From positions 5,504,001 to 5,568,000 of the forward strand of contig OZ252299.1 in the NCBI GenBank assembly GCA_965250285.1: DNA of 64,000 bases, given 5' to 3'. Under the pieces are notes generated by a model that saw nothing but the letters and a program-made list of their open reading frames with translations, ran no database searches and had not been told where the DNA came from. Shown here one piece after another: positions 49,127 to 58,173 of this stretch (position 1 is the first letter of the stretch; every line of letters begins with the position of its first letter). The translations under genes and the position numbers were made by a program. This DNA is from Myxococcota bacterium. GTDB lineage: Bacteria; Myxococcota_A; UBA9160; UBA4427.

Positions 49127-49591
49127 GTGTCGGACGATCGAGAGAAGCTCAGCTATTCGGAGCGCGACCGGCTGCGCCAGGAGCGCGCCAAGGGGTATGA
49201 CACACCGCGGGGTCGCGGCGGACGCCAGCGCCAGACCCAGGCTCGAGACGCCGCGCTCAAACAGGCCGAGTCGATCTTCTCCGAAGAGGGGAAGGGCGAG
49301 CGCGGCGACGAGCTGGCCAAGGCGGTGCGCGCAGCGCACGGCACGGCCGAGCTGCCCGAAGCCTGCCATGCCTTCGTGGCCGAGTTCGGGCTGCCGAAGA
49401 GCGTCGACCTGCTTCAGGTCTTCATCGACACGTCGGACGCCACGTTGATCGTGCCCGCACTCGAAGCGTTGCTCTCGCGCAAAGAGGCGGGGGAGCTCGA
49501 GATCAGCTCGGGACTGCGCAGTCAGCTGCGCATCCTCGCCGAGGATCCCGACGACGACATCGCCGGTCTCTCCGAAGATCTGCTCGACTGA
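49127..49591 (+). CDS. Hypothetical helical protein
   Basis: GAGGA RBS and GTG start; charged N-terminus and helical C-terminus. Confidence 0.7.
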   Translation: MSDDREKLSYSERDRLRQERAKGYDTPRGRGGRQRQTQARDAALKQAESIFSEEGKGERGDELAKAVRAAHGTAELPEACHAFVAEFGLPKSVDLLQVFIDTSDATLIVPALEALLSRKEAGELEISSGLRSQLRILAEDPDDDIAGLSEDLLD

Positions 49592-49718
49592 CCGACGCGA
49601 AATCGACGCCCTGAATCCGCGCCCTAGTTCCACGCTCTGATTTCACGCCTGGGGGCGCTCGTGCGGGCGTGCGCCTCGTCCCCCGCGGCGTGCGGCCCGA
49701 GGTGTTACCCTCCGCTGC

Positions 49719-50156
49719 ATGGCGCACGAGATCGAAAAGGCTGCTCTGGCCGCGTACCTCGAGCAGCACAATCTCAAGCACACGCGACAGCGCGACCTGA
49801 TTCTGGTCGCGTTCCTCGAAGCGACCGGTCACATCACGAGCGAGCAGCTGCATCAGCAGATTCGTGAGCGCGACCCGTCGATCGGCTACACGACCGTCTA
49901 CCGGACGCTCAAGCTGCTCGTCGACGCCGGGCTGGCGCAGGCGCGCCACTTCGACGACGGCATCACGCGCTACGAGATCGAGCACGAGCACCACGACCAC
50001 CTCGTGTGCACGCGCTGCGGCAAGATCGAAGAGTTCGAGTGCCAGATGATCGAGTCGGCCCAGAACGACATCGCGAAGAAGTACAACTTCCAGGTGCTGC
50101 GCCATCGCCACGAGCTCTACGGGCTGTGCCCCGATTGTCAGGATCCGAAGAGCTGA
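49719..50156 (+). CDS. fur: Fur family transcriptional regulator
   Basis: TRQR, TVYRTL, HHDHLVCTRCG, CPDC. Confidence 0.93.
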   Translation: MAHEIEKAALAAYLEQHNLKHTRQRDLILVAFLEATGHITSEQLHQQIRERDPSIGYTTVYRTLKLLVDAGLAQARHFDDGITRYEIEHEHHDHLVCTRCGKIEEFECQMIESAQNDIAKKYNFQVLRHRHELYGLCPDCQDPKS

Positions 50157-50211
50157 GCGCGCGTCCGTGCGGCCCGGACATCCCGCAACCCGAAGCAAGG
50201 TGACTGCCGAC

Positions 50212-51930
50212 GTGTCGAAGCGACGAGCTGGAGCGCTTGGTTGTCTTCTGGTGCTCGTCGCGGCGCTGCTCGCGGCGGGCTGCCGAACGCGGAGCGAAGG
50301 GGGCGAAGAGCGGCCGCCTCGGCTCGTGGTGGTGATCGCCATCGATCAGGGGATCCCCGAGCGGCTCGACCCGTCGCTGCCCGGGGGCCTCGGCCGTCTG
50401 GCGCGCGAGGGGCGGGTCTTCACAGACGCCGCCCACGAGCACGCCCGCACCGAAACGTGCCCGGGCCACGTCGTCATGCTGACCGGCATGCAGCCGGGTC
50501 GGGCCGGCATCCCCGGCAACCGGTTCATCGTGAACGGCACCCGCGAGGTGCGGTACTGCGTACAGGAGGACGGGCCCGACGGGCGCCTGCTCGTGTACGA
50601 AGACGGCTTCGACGTGCAGGGCGGCGCGGCCGACGCACCCCACGCGACCCCGCCCGGCGCCGGTCGCTCGCCGCGCCAGATTCGCGCCGACGCGCTCGGC
50701 GACTGGATGAAGACGCGCTGGCCGGAGGCGAAGGTCTTCAGCGTGTCGGCGAAGGATCGCGCCGCCATCGCGCTCGGCGGTCAGGCCCCCGACGCGGCCT
50801 ACTGGCTCGACCGGAGCGGCTCGGGGGCATTCACGACCAGTCGCTACTACATGCCAAGCCTGCCCGTCTGGGTGTCGACCTGGGCGCGGGTGCGCGTGCT
50901 GCAGGGCCTGCCCGCCGACTGGGACTATCGCCAGCTCGAGTTTCCGCCGACGATCCGCGAAGACGATGATCCCTACGAGAGCGACCGCTTCAGCCGGGTC
51001 GCGCCGCATCCGGTCGTGAGCTCCGACCCCGAGCAGAGATCGCTCGGGCCGGTCGAGGTCTCGCCCTGGCTCGACACCAAGACCCTCGACTTCGCCCTCG
51101 AGCTCGCCGAGCGCGAAGGGCTCGGCAGTGACGCGACGCCCGACCTGCTCGCCGTGTCGCTCTCGGGCACCGACATCATCGGACACCACTACGGTCCGTA
51201 CAGCCAGGAGGCGTGGGCGGCGATTCGCCGGCTCGACGACGACCTCGACGGCTTCATCCGCGAGATGAAGCGCCGCGCCGGGCGCGACGAGCTGCTCGTC
51301 GTGTTGAGCTCGGATCACGGCGTGCTGCCCGTGCCCGAGCACTGGGCCCGCTACGGCGGTGAAGATGCGCCGTGCCCGATCGAGGGGGGCCGGATCCGCC
51401 CCGAAGATCTCGAGCAGCCGATGCGCGACGTGCTGATCGGCGCGTTCGGCGAGGCGGGCGACGCGCTCTGGGTGCGCGACGACTACACCTTCGGGTTCGA
51501 CGCCGAGGGGCTCGAGCGCGAGGGCATCGAGCTCGCGCACGCGATTCGGGTGGCCCGCGTGGCGCTCGAGGCGTCGCCGGCCATCACGCGCACGTGGACA
51601 CGGCCCGAGCTGATGACGCGACAGGCCGACACCGATCCCTACGCGCAGCTCTATCGCAATCAGCTCGCCGAGGGCCGCGGCGGTGACCTCTTCGCCCAGC
51701 CTGTGCGCGGCTGCCTGGTGACGCACTGGACGACGGGCACCAGCCACGGCTCGCCCCACGACTACGACCTCGACGTGCCGCTCGTGTTCTGGGGGCGGGG
51801 CGTCGAGCGCGGCTCGGTGCCCGGGCGGGCCGCGCCGGTCGACATCGCGCCGACGTTGGCCGAAGCCATCGGTCTCGATCTGCCGACGGGGCTCGACGGG
51901 CGCCCGCTGCCGCTCGTCGACGCGCGCTAG
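50212..51930 (+). CDS. Alkaline phosphatase superfamily lipoprotein (PafA-like)
   Basis: AAGC lipobox; IDQ, TETCPGH (Thr nucleophile), KDRAA, DIIGH, SDHG, SHGS. Confidence 0.9.
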   Translation: MSKRRAGALGCLLVLVAALLAAGCRTRSEGGEERPPRLVVVIAIDQGIPERLDPSLPGGLGRLAREGRVFTDAAHEHARTETCPGHVVMLTGMQPGRAGIPGNRFIVNGTREVRYCVQEDGPDGRLLVYEDGFDVQGGAADAPHATPPGAGRSPRQIRADALGDWMKTRWPEAKVFSVSAKDRAAIALGGQAPDAAYWLDRSGSGAFTTSRYYMPSLPVWVSTWARVRVLQGLPADWDYRQLEFPPTIREDDDPYESDRFSRVAPHPVVSSDPEQRSLGPVEVSPWLDTKTLDFALELAEREGLGSDATPDLLAVSLSGTDIIGHHYGPYSQEAWAAIRRLDDDLDGFIREMKRRAGRDELLVVLSSDHGVLPVPEHWARYGGEDAPCPIEGGRIRPEDLEQPMRDVLIGAFGEAGDALWVRDDYTFGFDAEGLEREGIELAHAIRVARVALEASPAITRTWTRPELMTRQADTDPYAQLYRNQLAEGRGGDLFAQPVRGCLVTHWTTGTSHGSPHDYDLDVPLVFWGRGVERGSVPGRAAPVDIAPTLAEAIGLDLPTGLDGRPLPLVDAR

Positions 51931-52030
51931 CCACGCTGCTCGCCGACATGGGCTCGTTGCGTCGCTCGCCAGAACGCGCGCGCGAGCGGCGCCGCTCAAG
52001 GCGGCCCGCTGATCCACCGATCCAGGGGGC

Positions 52031-52189
52031 ATGGCCAAGCACGAAGTCGTCTGTCCGATCTGCTCCGCCGACGTCCCTCTCGCGGGGGACGAAGCGCGCG
52101 ACGAAGAGGTCTTCTGCGGGGTCTGCGGCGCCACGCTCAAGCTGACGGCGCCGGCCTCGGACGACGACTGCGAGGCCGAGGAAGACTGA
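52031..52189 (+). CDS. 52-aa LysW-like zinc-ribbon protein (absent from the ORF track)
   Basis: MAKHEVVCPICSADVPLAGDEARDEEVFCGVCGATLKLTAPASDDDCEAEED*; two CxxC motifs and an acidic tail. Confidence 0.8.
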   Translation: MAKHEVVCPICSADVPLAGDEARDEEVFCGVCGATLKLTAPASDDDCEAEED

Positions 52190-52227
52190 GCCGAACCCGT
52201 CGCCCGCGAGGGCCGCGTGCGCAGGCC

Positions 52228-52303
52228 GGTCGTCTAGCCCGCGGAGCGCGGCAGCGTTGCTTCGAGGTCGTCTAGCCCGCGTAGCGCGGCAACGACGCTT
52301 CGA
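52228..52303 (-). repeat. 2 x 38-bp duplication of the rfbC 3' end
   Basis: 52228-52265 vs 52266-52303, 34/38 identical, TAG retained, GGTCG at the junctions. Confidence 0.9.
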
Positions 52304-52826
52304 GGTCGGCCAGCGGCGCCGCCTCGGCATCGCGCGCCGAGAGCGTCGGCGCTTCGATCGGCCAGTCGATGCCGATGGCCGGATCATCCCAGCGCACGAC
52401 CAGCTCACAATCGGGCGCGTACAGGTCGCTGCACTTGTACTCGAAGTCGGCGAACTCGCTCGTCACCGCGAAGCCGTGGGCGAAGCCCGCGGGCACGTAG
52501 AGCTGATGCTGATTCTCGGCGGTCAGCTCGGCGCCGACCCACTGCCCGAAATGCGGTGAGCCGACCCGAACGTCGACGGCGACGTCGAAGACCGAGCCCT
52601 GCAGCACGCGCACGAGCTTGGCCTGGGCCTTTGGATGCTGCAGGTGCAGGCCGCGCAGCGTGCCGGCGGCCGAGCGCGAGTGATTGTCCTGCACGAAACG
52701 CGCGTCGAGGCCGGCTTTGGCGTAGCGCTCGGCGTGATACGTCTCGATGAAGAAGCCGCGGGGGTCGCGGTGGACGTCGGGCTTCACGAGCACGACGCCC
52801 GGCAGGCGCGTCTCTTCGACCTTCAC
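52272..52826 (-). CDS. rfbC: dTDP-4-dehydrorhamnose 3,5-epimerase
   Basis: [28 protein letters not shown]. Confidence 0.96.
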   Translation of the reverse strand: MKVEETRLPGVVLVKPDVHRDPRGFFIETYHAERYAKAGLDARFVQDNHSRSAAGTLRGLHLQHPKAQAKLVRVLQGSVFDVAVDVRVGSPHFGQWVGAELTAENQHQLYVPAGFAHGFAVTSEFADFEYKCSDLYAPDCELVVRWDDPAIGIDWPIEAPTLSARDAEAAPLADLEASLPRYAG

Positions 52827-53707
52827 GGCGGTGATCCGTCGAGGCCTTCGGCGAGGCGCCAGAGATAGTCACCGTAGGCGTTCTTGCGCATCGGCTCGGC
52901 CAGCGCGCGCAGCGCGGCGGCGTCGATCCAGCCCTTGCGATAGGCGATCTCTTCAACGCACGAGATCTTGAGACCCTGGCGCTCCTGGATCGTCTGGATG
53001 AATGCTGACGCCTGATGCAGCGACTCGTGGGTGCCGGTGTCGAGCCACGCCGTGCCGCGCCCGAGCAGCTCGACGTGAAGGTCGCCGCGCTCGAGATAGG
53101 CGAGGTTCACGTCGGTGATCTCGAGCTCGCCGCGATCGCTCGGAGCGAGGCGCCGCGCGATGTCGACGACGTCGGCGTCGTAGAAGTAGAGCCCGGTCAC
53201 CGCGTAGGGTGACCTCGGCTTGTCGGGCTTCTCTTCGATCGTCTCGGCGCGCCCGTCTGCGTCGAAGCTCACCACGCCGTAGCGCTCCGGGTCCTTGACC
53301 TGGTAGCCGAACACCGTGGCGCCCTGCTTGCGGTCGGCGGCGCGCTTGAGTGACTCGACGAAGCCGTGGCCGTAGAAGACGTTGTCGCCGAGGGCGAGGG
53401 CGACGGGGTCGTGGCCCACGAACCCGGCGCCGATCAGGAAGGCCTGGGCGATGCCCTCGGGCGCCTCCTGGGTGGCGTACTGCAGGTCGACGCCGATTTG
53501 CGAGCCGTCGCCGAGCATGCGGCGGAAGGGCTCCTGATCGTGGGGTGTCGTGATGATGAGAATGTCGCGGATGCCCGCCAGCATCAGCGTCGCCAGCGGG
53601 TAGTAGATCATCGGCTTGTCGTAGAGCGGCAACAGCTGCTTGCTCACGCCCTTCGTGATCGGGTAGAGGCGCGTCCCCGATCCACCTGCCAGGATGATGC
53701 CCTTCAT
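52823..53707 (-). CDS. rfbA: Glucose-1-phosphate thymidylyltransferase
   Basis: [34 protein letters not shown]. Confidence 0.97.
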   Translation of the reverse strand: MKGIILAGGSGTRLYPITKGVSKQLLPLYDKPMIYYPLATLMLAGIRDILIITTPHDQEPFRRMLGDGSQIGVDLQYATQEAPEGIAQAFLIGAGFVGHDPVALALGDNVFYGHGFVESLKRAADRKQGATVFGYQVKDPERYGVVSFDADGRAETIEEKPDKPRSPYAVTGLYFYDADVVDIARRLAPSDRGELEITDVNLAYLERGDLHVELLGRGTAWLDTGTHESLHQASAFIQTIQERQGLKISCVEEIAYRKGWIDAAALRALAEPMRKNAYGDYLWRLAEGLDGSPP

Positions 53708-53967
53708 CTGCGCCCTCTCGAGGCCCTGGTGTGACGGTGCCCCGGTGCTCTCGAGGCGATGGTGTGAAGGCGCCTCGAGCCCCTCGATCGCGAGAGGGCA
53801 GGCAAGCTAGGTCATTTTCGGGGGGTGTGCGGCGTCGGCGCCTGGCGCGCCGCGCGGCACGGAAGCCGGCCGCCGGAGCGCGCCGGAGCCGGTTCCGCTG
53901 ATGCGCTCGGGTCGGTGCGGCGCGCGGCCGGCCGTCCCCGAGGTCGTTTCGATCGTTGTGCCTCGCT

Positions 53968-54204
53968 TCAGCCGACCATGCGGTGGATCGGCGTGTCGCG
54001 GAAGTTGCCGATCAGCTTGACCCTGCCGGTCTCGAGCATGTGGAAGACGGTGGCGATGATCTCCTGCTCGTCGTCGGTGACGTCGGCGACGGCTTCGACG
54101 AGCTCGAGCAGCGTGAGATGCTGGGGCTCTTCGTGTGCAATCGGCTCGACGTCGTACATGGTGGGACTGTGCTCCACATGGATCCGATGAACCTTCGCTG
54201 CCAT
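53968..54204 (-). CDS. Small hypothetical protein
   Basis: GGAGG RBS; TLLELVEAVADVTDDEQEIIATVFHMLETGRVKLIGNFR. Confidence 0.8.
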   Translation of the reverse strand: MAAKVHRIHVEHSPTMYDVEPIAHEEPQHLTLLELVEAVADVTDDEQEIIATVFHMLETGRVKLIGNFRDTPIHRMVG

Positions 54205-54341
54205 GACACCCTCCCTCTCTTCGTCCCGGTCGCGCGACTTCGATGTCGTCGCGCCTGCCGGGTGTCTCCAGTCTTCGGGTTGCCTCTGTCTCTTATCGGC
54301 CGCCCCGTGCGGCTGGGTTGACTTCCGATGACCTTTTGAGA

Positions 54342-54357
54342 TGCATCAAGCGTGCCC
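54342..54357 (-). promoter_or_regulatory. sigma54 (-24/-12) promoter
   Basis: GGGCACG-CTTG-ATGCA on the minus strand matches TGGCACG-N4-TTGCA with correct GG-N10-GC spacing. Confidence 0.65.
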
Positions 54358-54549
54358 ATCCCGTGGGAATCTCACTGGAACGAGCTGGTACGGAGATCCG
54401 GGCACTTGGCGCATTGGGCGCATGTGATCGAGCGCTCAAAATCCCGCTCGAGTGACGAATTTGGGACGCCGCCTGTCGGATTTCGTTCGTGTGTGGCGAT
54501 CCCCTCGCTCGAGGCGCTGAGCGGCTCGAGAGCGCGAATTCAGCGGGAT

Positions 54550-56079
54550 TCAGACGCCGCCGTCGGCCCACCTTCCGGCGCCCTCGTCGCGGTAGGCGAG
54601 CGCCTCGGCCATGTGGGGCTCGCCGAGGCGGGTGACGCCTTCGAGATCGGCCACGGTGCGCGCCACGCGCAGACAGCGCCGGGCGGCGCGGGCCGACAGC
54701 CCCAGCCCATCGACGGCGCGGGCGAGCAGCCGACGCGCCGCCGGCTCGGTTGCAACCGAGGCTTCGAGGTCGCGGTCGACCAGCCGGGCGTTCACGCAGC
54801 CCGCGCGCTCGAGCTGGCGGCTGCGGGCGCCCTCGACGACGGCGCGCAGCTGCCTGGTGCTTGTGCCGCGGGTGCCCGTATCGAGCGCACGCCAGCGCAC
54901 CGGCGGGACCGCCACATGCAGGTCGATTCGGTCGAGCAGGGGGCCCGAGAGCCGGCGGCGGTAGCGCGCGATGGCGGCGTCGTCGCAGCGGCAGTCGCGC
55001 ACACCACTTCGGTGGAACCCGCACGGGCAAGGGTTCGCGGCGGCCACCAACATGAAATCGGCCGGCAGACGTGTGAGCCCTTCGGCGCGCGCGATCTGGA
55101 TCTCGCGTTCTTCGATCACCTGGCGGAGCGCCTCGAGACAGCGGCGGTCGAACTCGGGCAGCTCGTCGAGAAAGAGCACGCCGTGGTGTGCGAGCGAGAT
55201 CTCGCCCGCGTGGACCGGGCGCCCGCCGCCGAGCAGGCCCGCGCTGCTCGCCGTGTGATGGGGCGCGCGAAACGGTCGCTCGACGAGCAGCGGCCGATCG
55301 GGTGGGAGCAGACCGGCGCTGCCGTGGATGCGACTCGCTTCGATCGCCTCGGTGCGGGCCAGCGGCGGCAAGAGCCCGGGCAGGCGCTTCGCGAGCATCG
55401 TCTTGCCCGCCCCCGGCGCGCCGTGCAGGAAGAGTCCGTGCCCGCCCGCGGCGGCGATGACGAGCGCGCGCTTGGCGTGCTCCTGGCCTCGAATCTCGGA
55501 GAGGCACGGGCCCGGATCACGCGATTCGCTCGTGTCTTCGAGGGGTTCGAGCTCGACGCGGTCGAGCGCTTCGCCCCCGAGCAGATACGCGACCACGTTC
55601 GCAAGGTGCGGTGCTGCGCGGATCGCGACCCGGGCACCGGCGGCCGCCTGGCGCGCGCATGCGGCACCGATCACCAGCTCGCGCGCGCCGGTCGCCTCGA
55701 GGGCCAGCGCGAGGGCGAGGGCACCGGGGACAGGCCGGACCCGCCCATCGAGCGCGAGCTCGCCCACGAACGCCCGCCCTTCGACCGCATCGCTCGGAAT
55801 CTCGCCCGCGGCCGCCAGGATGCCGACCGCGATCGCGAGGTCGAGACCGGCGCCGCCCTTTCGGAGCGACGCCGGCGCCAGGTTGACGGTGACGCGGCGG
55901 TCGGGAAAGCGCCGATCGATCGCGCGGATCGCGGAGCGAACCCGGGCCGCGCTCTCGCGCACCGAAGCTTCGGCGAGACCGACGATGTCGATGCGCGGCA
56001 GCTGACTGCTGAGAACGACCTCCACTTCGACGGGCACCCCGTCGATGCCATGCAGAGCGGCGCTCGTGACCCGCGACAT
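54550..56079 (-). CDS. comM: ComM/YifB Mg-chelatase-like AAA+ ATPase
   Basis: VNLAPA, GAPGAGKT, PFRAPHH, LFLDELPEF, NPCPCG, SGPLLDRID. Confidence 0.95.
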   Translation of the reverse strand: MSRVTSAALHGIDGVPVEVEVVLSSQLPRIDIVGLAEASVRESAARVRSAIRAIDRRFPDRRVTVNLAPASLRKGGAGLDLAIAVGILAAAGEIPSDAVEGRAFVGELALDGRVRPVPGALALALALEATGARELVIGAACARQAAAGARVAIRAAPHLANVVAYLLGGEALDRVELEPLEDTSESRDPGPCLSEIRGQEHAKRALVIAAAGGHGLFLHGAPGAGKTMLAKRLPGLLPPLARTEAIEASRIHGSAGLLPPDRPLLVERPFRAPHHTASSAGLLGGGRPVHAGEISLAHHGVLFLDELPEFDRRCLEALRQVIEEREIQIARAEGLTRLPADFMLVAAANPCPCGFHRSGVRDCRCDDAAIARYRRRLSGPLLDRIDLHVAVPPVRWRALDTGTRGTSTRQLRAVVEGARSRQLERAGCVNARLVDRDLEASVATEPAARRLLARAVDGLGLSARAARRCLRVARTVADLEGVTRLGEPHMAEALAYRDEGAGRWADGGV

Positions 56080-56199
56080 CACGCGCCCGCCCGCTGGGTT
56101 CGCGGCGCCAGCGCGTGTGACGCGCGTTGGCGAGACGAACGAGAAACGGTGACGCGCGTCGCCAGGCTGCGGCGCGCCGCGCTCGAAGAGAACGAAACG

Positions 56200-56410
56200 A
56201 ATGAGAAGGACAGAGCCTGGGGTCCCCGGGACCGGGGAGCGAGCGCCAGGGTGGGGGGCTCGCAGGACCGCATCGAAGGGGGGCGTTCGTGCCGGGATGC
56301 GGATGGAACTGAAGGCAGGGCCCCCAGGGAGAGGCCCTGCCTTCATCGACTTTTGATAAGCCCCGCGAGGAGCGGGCCTGTCAGACGGGATGTGGCTCGT
56401 TTCTGGAGCA
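56200..56410. ncRNA. Candidate multi-hairpin small RNA
   Basis: Successive stems including a perfect 13-bp stem at 56310-56345; 11 GGA triplets on the + strand. Confidence 0.35.
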
Positions 56411-56509
56411 TGTGTCACTGAAATTGCGCAGAAGCCGAAAGAAACACCAAGGTGTGAGAAAAGGGGACGCGGGCGCGTTAGCTTCGCGGCCTCGGGGGTG
56501 AGACCACAA

Positions 56510-57940
56510 GTGCGAGCTTCGAGGAGGCGCAGGCGATCCCGTCGGGGACGCTCGGCCGGCCGAGGACCGGGCCCCGCTCAGGCGTCGCGCCCGACTGGCG
56601 AGAGCGGCAGCGAGCCTGGCGGAGAGCGTGGCAGCGAGCGCTCGGGCGACCCGATTCGCCCGCTGCGACCCGCGCTCGCCGGGCGCTCGGCGGCGCAGCC
56701 CGCGTCGTCGCCGCGTCTGCGTGCGCGCGCAGACGCAGGGCCGGGGCACGGCCCGGCGACCCCCGCGCCGCGACCGGGCCGCCGCGCGTTTCGAATCGGC
56801 GGCCTCGTGATGGCCGGGCTGCTGCTCGCACTGGCCTGTCAGAACCGCGACGCCCGGCAGCCGGCTGATCTCTCGTCGCATGCGTCGATCGAAGCGATGA
56901 GCGCCGTGGCGTTCGACGGCGCCCGCGCGACCGAAGACCTCGAACGGCTCGAAGCGCTGGACGCCGCGGGGGGCCCCGATCGCAACCCGGGCAAGGCCCG
57001 AGCGCTGATCCGGCGCGCCGTGAAGCGCGCGGGCTTCGAGGTCGAATACGTCGAGACGCCGCTTGCGCTCGACGCTTCGGTCACGGGCGCCCAAGTCGAG
57101 CCGCAGACCCTCACGCATGTCGTCGCGCGCCGCGAAGGCGGCTCGACCGACGTGATCCTGCTCGTCGCACCCTATGACACGCCCGCCCCGCCGGCGCTGG
57201 GACCGTCGGCTTCGGGGGCGAGCGTGCTGGTCGAGCTCGCCCGCCTCGACGAGGCGGTGCGCGATGCCATCGGCGATCAGCCCTTCACCCTCGTCCTCGC
57301 CTTCGTCGAGGGCGATGCGCTCGGCGACGAAGCATCACGCGACGACCCGCGCCGCGCGTATCCGGGCACGGCGGCGTTCGCGCGCGGCTGGCTCGAAGCG
57401 CATCCGGGTGAGGACGTGCGGCTCGCGGTGTGGATCGACCGGGTCGGTGCACCCCAGGTCGAGATCGCGCGTGACCTGCACTCGAATCGTGCCTACCGCG
57501 AGACGTTCTTCAGCGTCGGCGAGCAGCGCGAGCTGCAGCCGACGTTCATTGCCGCGCGGCCGCTCTCGGCGCCGCCCGGTGGGCACCTCGCGCTGCAGGC
57601 CGAGGGCTTCTCGCCGGTCGTCGCGCTGATCGGCGAACCCACCCCGGCCACGCTGGCCGGCGCACCCCGCGGCGCGGCCGCCGGCGCGCCGCGGCTGGCG
57701 AGCCCGACGAGCCTGGCCGCGGTCGGCGAGGCCACCTGGTGGGGGATCGTCGAGATCTCCGATCGGCTCGCGCGCATCGATGCGTTCCGGGTCGATCCCC
57801 TCGGCGGGGGCCCCGGCTCGCTCGAGCTGCCCGGCGCGAACGAGCCGATCCGCCCGAATTCGACGGGCGAGGCGGCCGACGCCGTGGAGCCCGGGCCGAG
57901 CGCCTCGGCCAGCGACGACGCGCCGGCCTCGCCCCGCTAA
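56510..57940 (+). CDS. M28 peptidase-fold lipoprotein with degenerate metal ligands
   Basis: LALAC lipobox; LLVAPYDT, SASGASVLVELAR, FVEGD; start uncertain. Confidence 0.65.
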   Translation: MRASRRRRRSRRGRSAGRGPGPAQASRPTGESGSEPGGERGSERSGDPIRPLRPALAGRSAAQPASSPRLRARADAGPGHGPATPAPRPGRRAFRIGGLVMAGLLLALACQNRDARQPADLSSHASIEAMSAVAFDGARATEDLERLEALDAAGGPDRNPGKARALIRRAVKRAGFEVEYVETPLALDASVTGAQVEPQTLTHVVARREGGSTDVILLVAPYDTPAPPALGPSASGASVLVELARLDEAVRDAIGDQPFTLVLAFVEGDALGDEASRDDPRRAYPGTAAFARGWLEAHPGEDVRLAVWIDRVGAPQVEIARDLHSNRAYRETFFSVGEQRELQPTFIAARPLSAPPGGHLALQAEGFSPVVALIGEPTPATLAGAPRGAAAGAPRLASPTSLAAVGEATWWGIVEISDRLARIDAFRVDPLGGGPGSLELPGANEPIRPNSTGEAADAVEPGPSASASDDAPASPR

Positions 57941-57992
57941 CGCCCCGCGCATCACCGCCGCATCTCGGCCGCGGCCTGGGCCGCGCTGTGGG

Positions 57993-58060
57993 GCCCGAGT
58001 TGCCGATCGTCGGGCGTCGCGCCGGGCAGCCCGAGGTGCCGATCGTCGGGCGCCGCGCCG
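57993..58060. repeat. 2 x 32-bp direct repeat (36-bp period) with internal hairpin
   Basis: GCCCGAGKTGCCGATCGTCGGGCGYCGCGCCG at 57993 and 58029. Confidence 0.85.
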
Positions 58061-58173
58061 AGAGGCGGTGAGGCGACTATGTTTGTCGCCCTCTCTCGCT
58101 GCGCCAGCCTCGGCGGCGCTCGCACCTGGACACCGCCCTGCCGCTCTCACGACTCCATTCCGCCCGGCGACCC

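Noticed and set aside
54550..56079. comM as an island integration site
   Set aside because: comM is intact with all motifs and no integrase or att duplication is adjacent.
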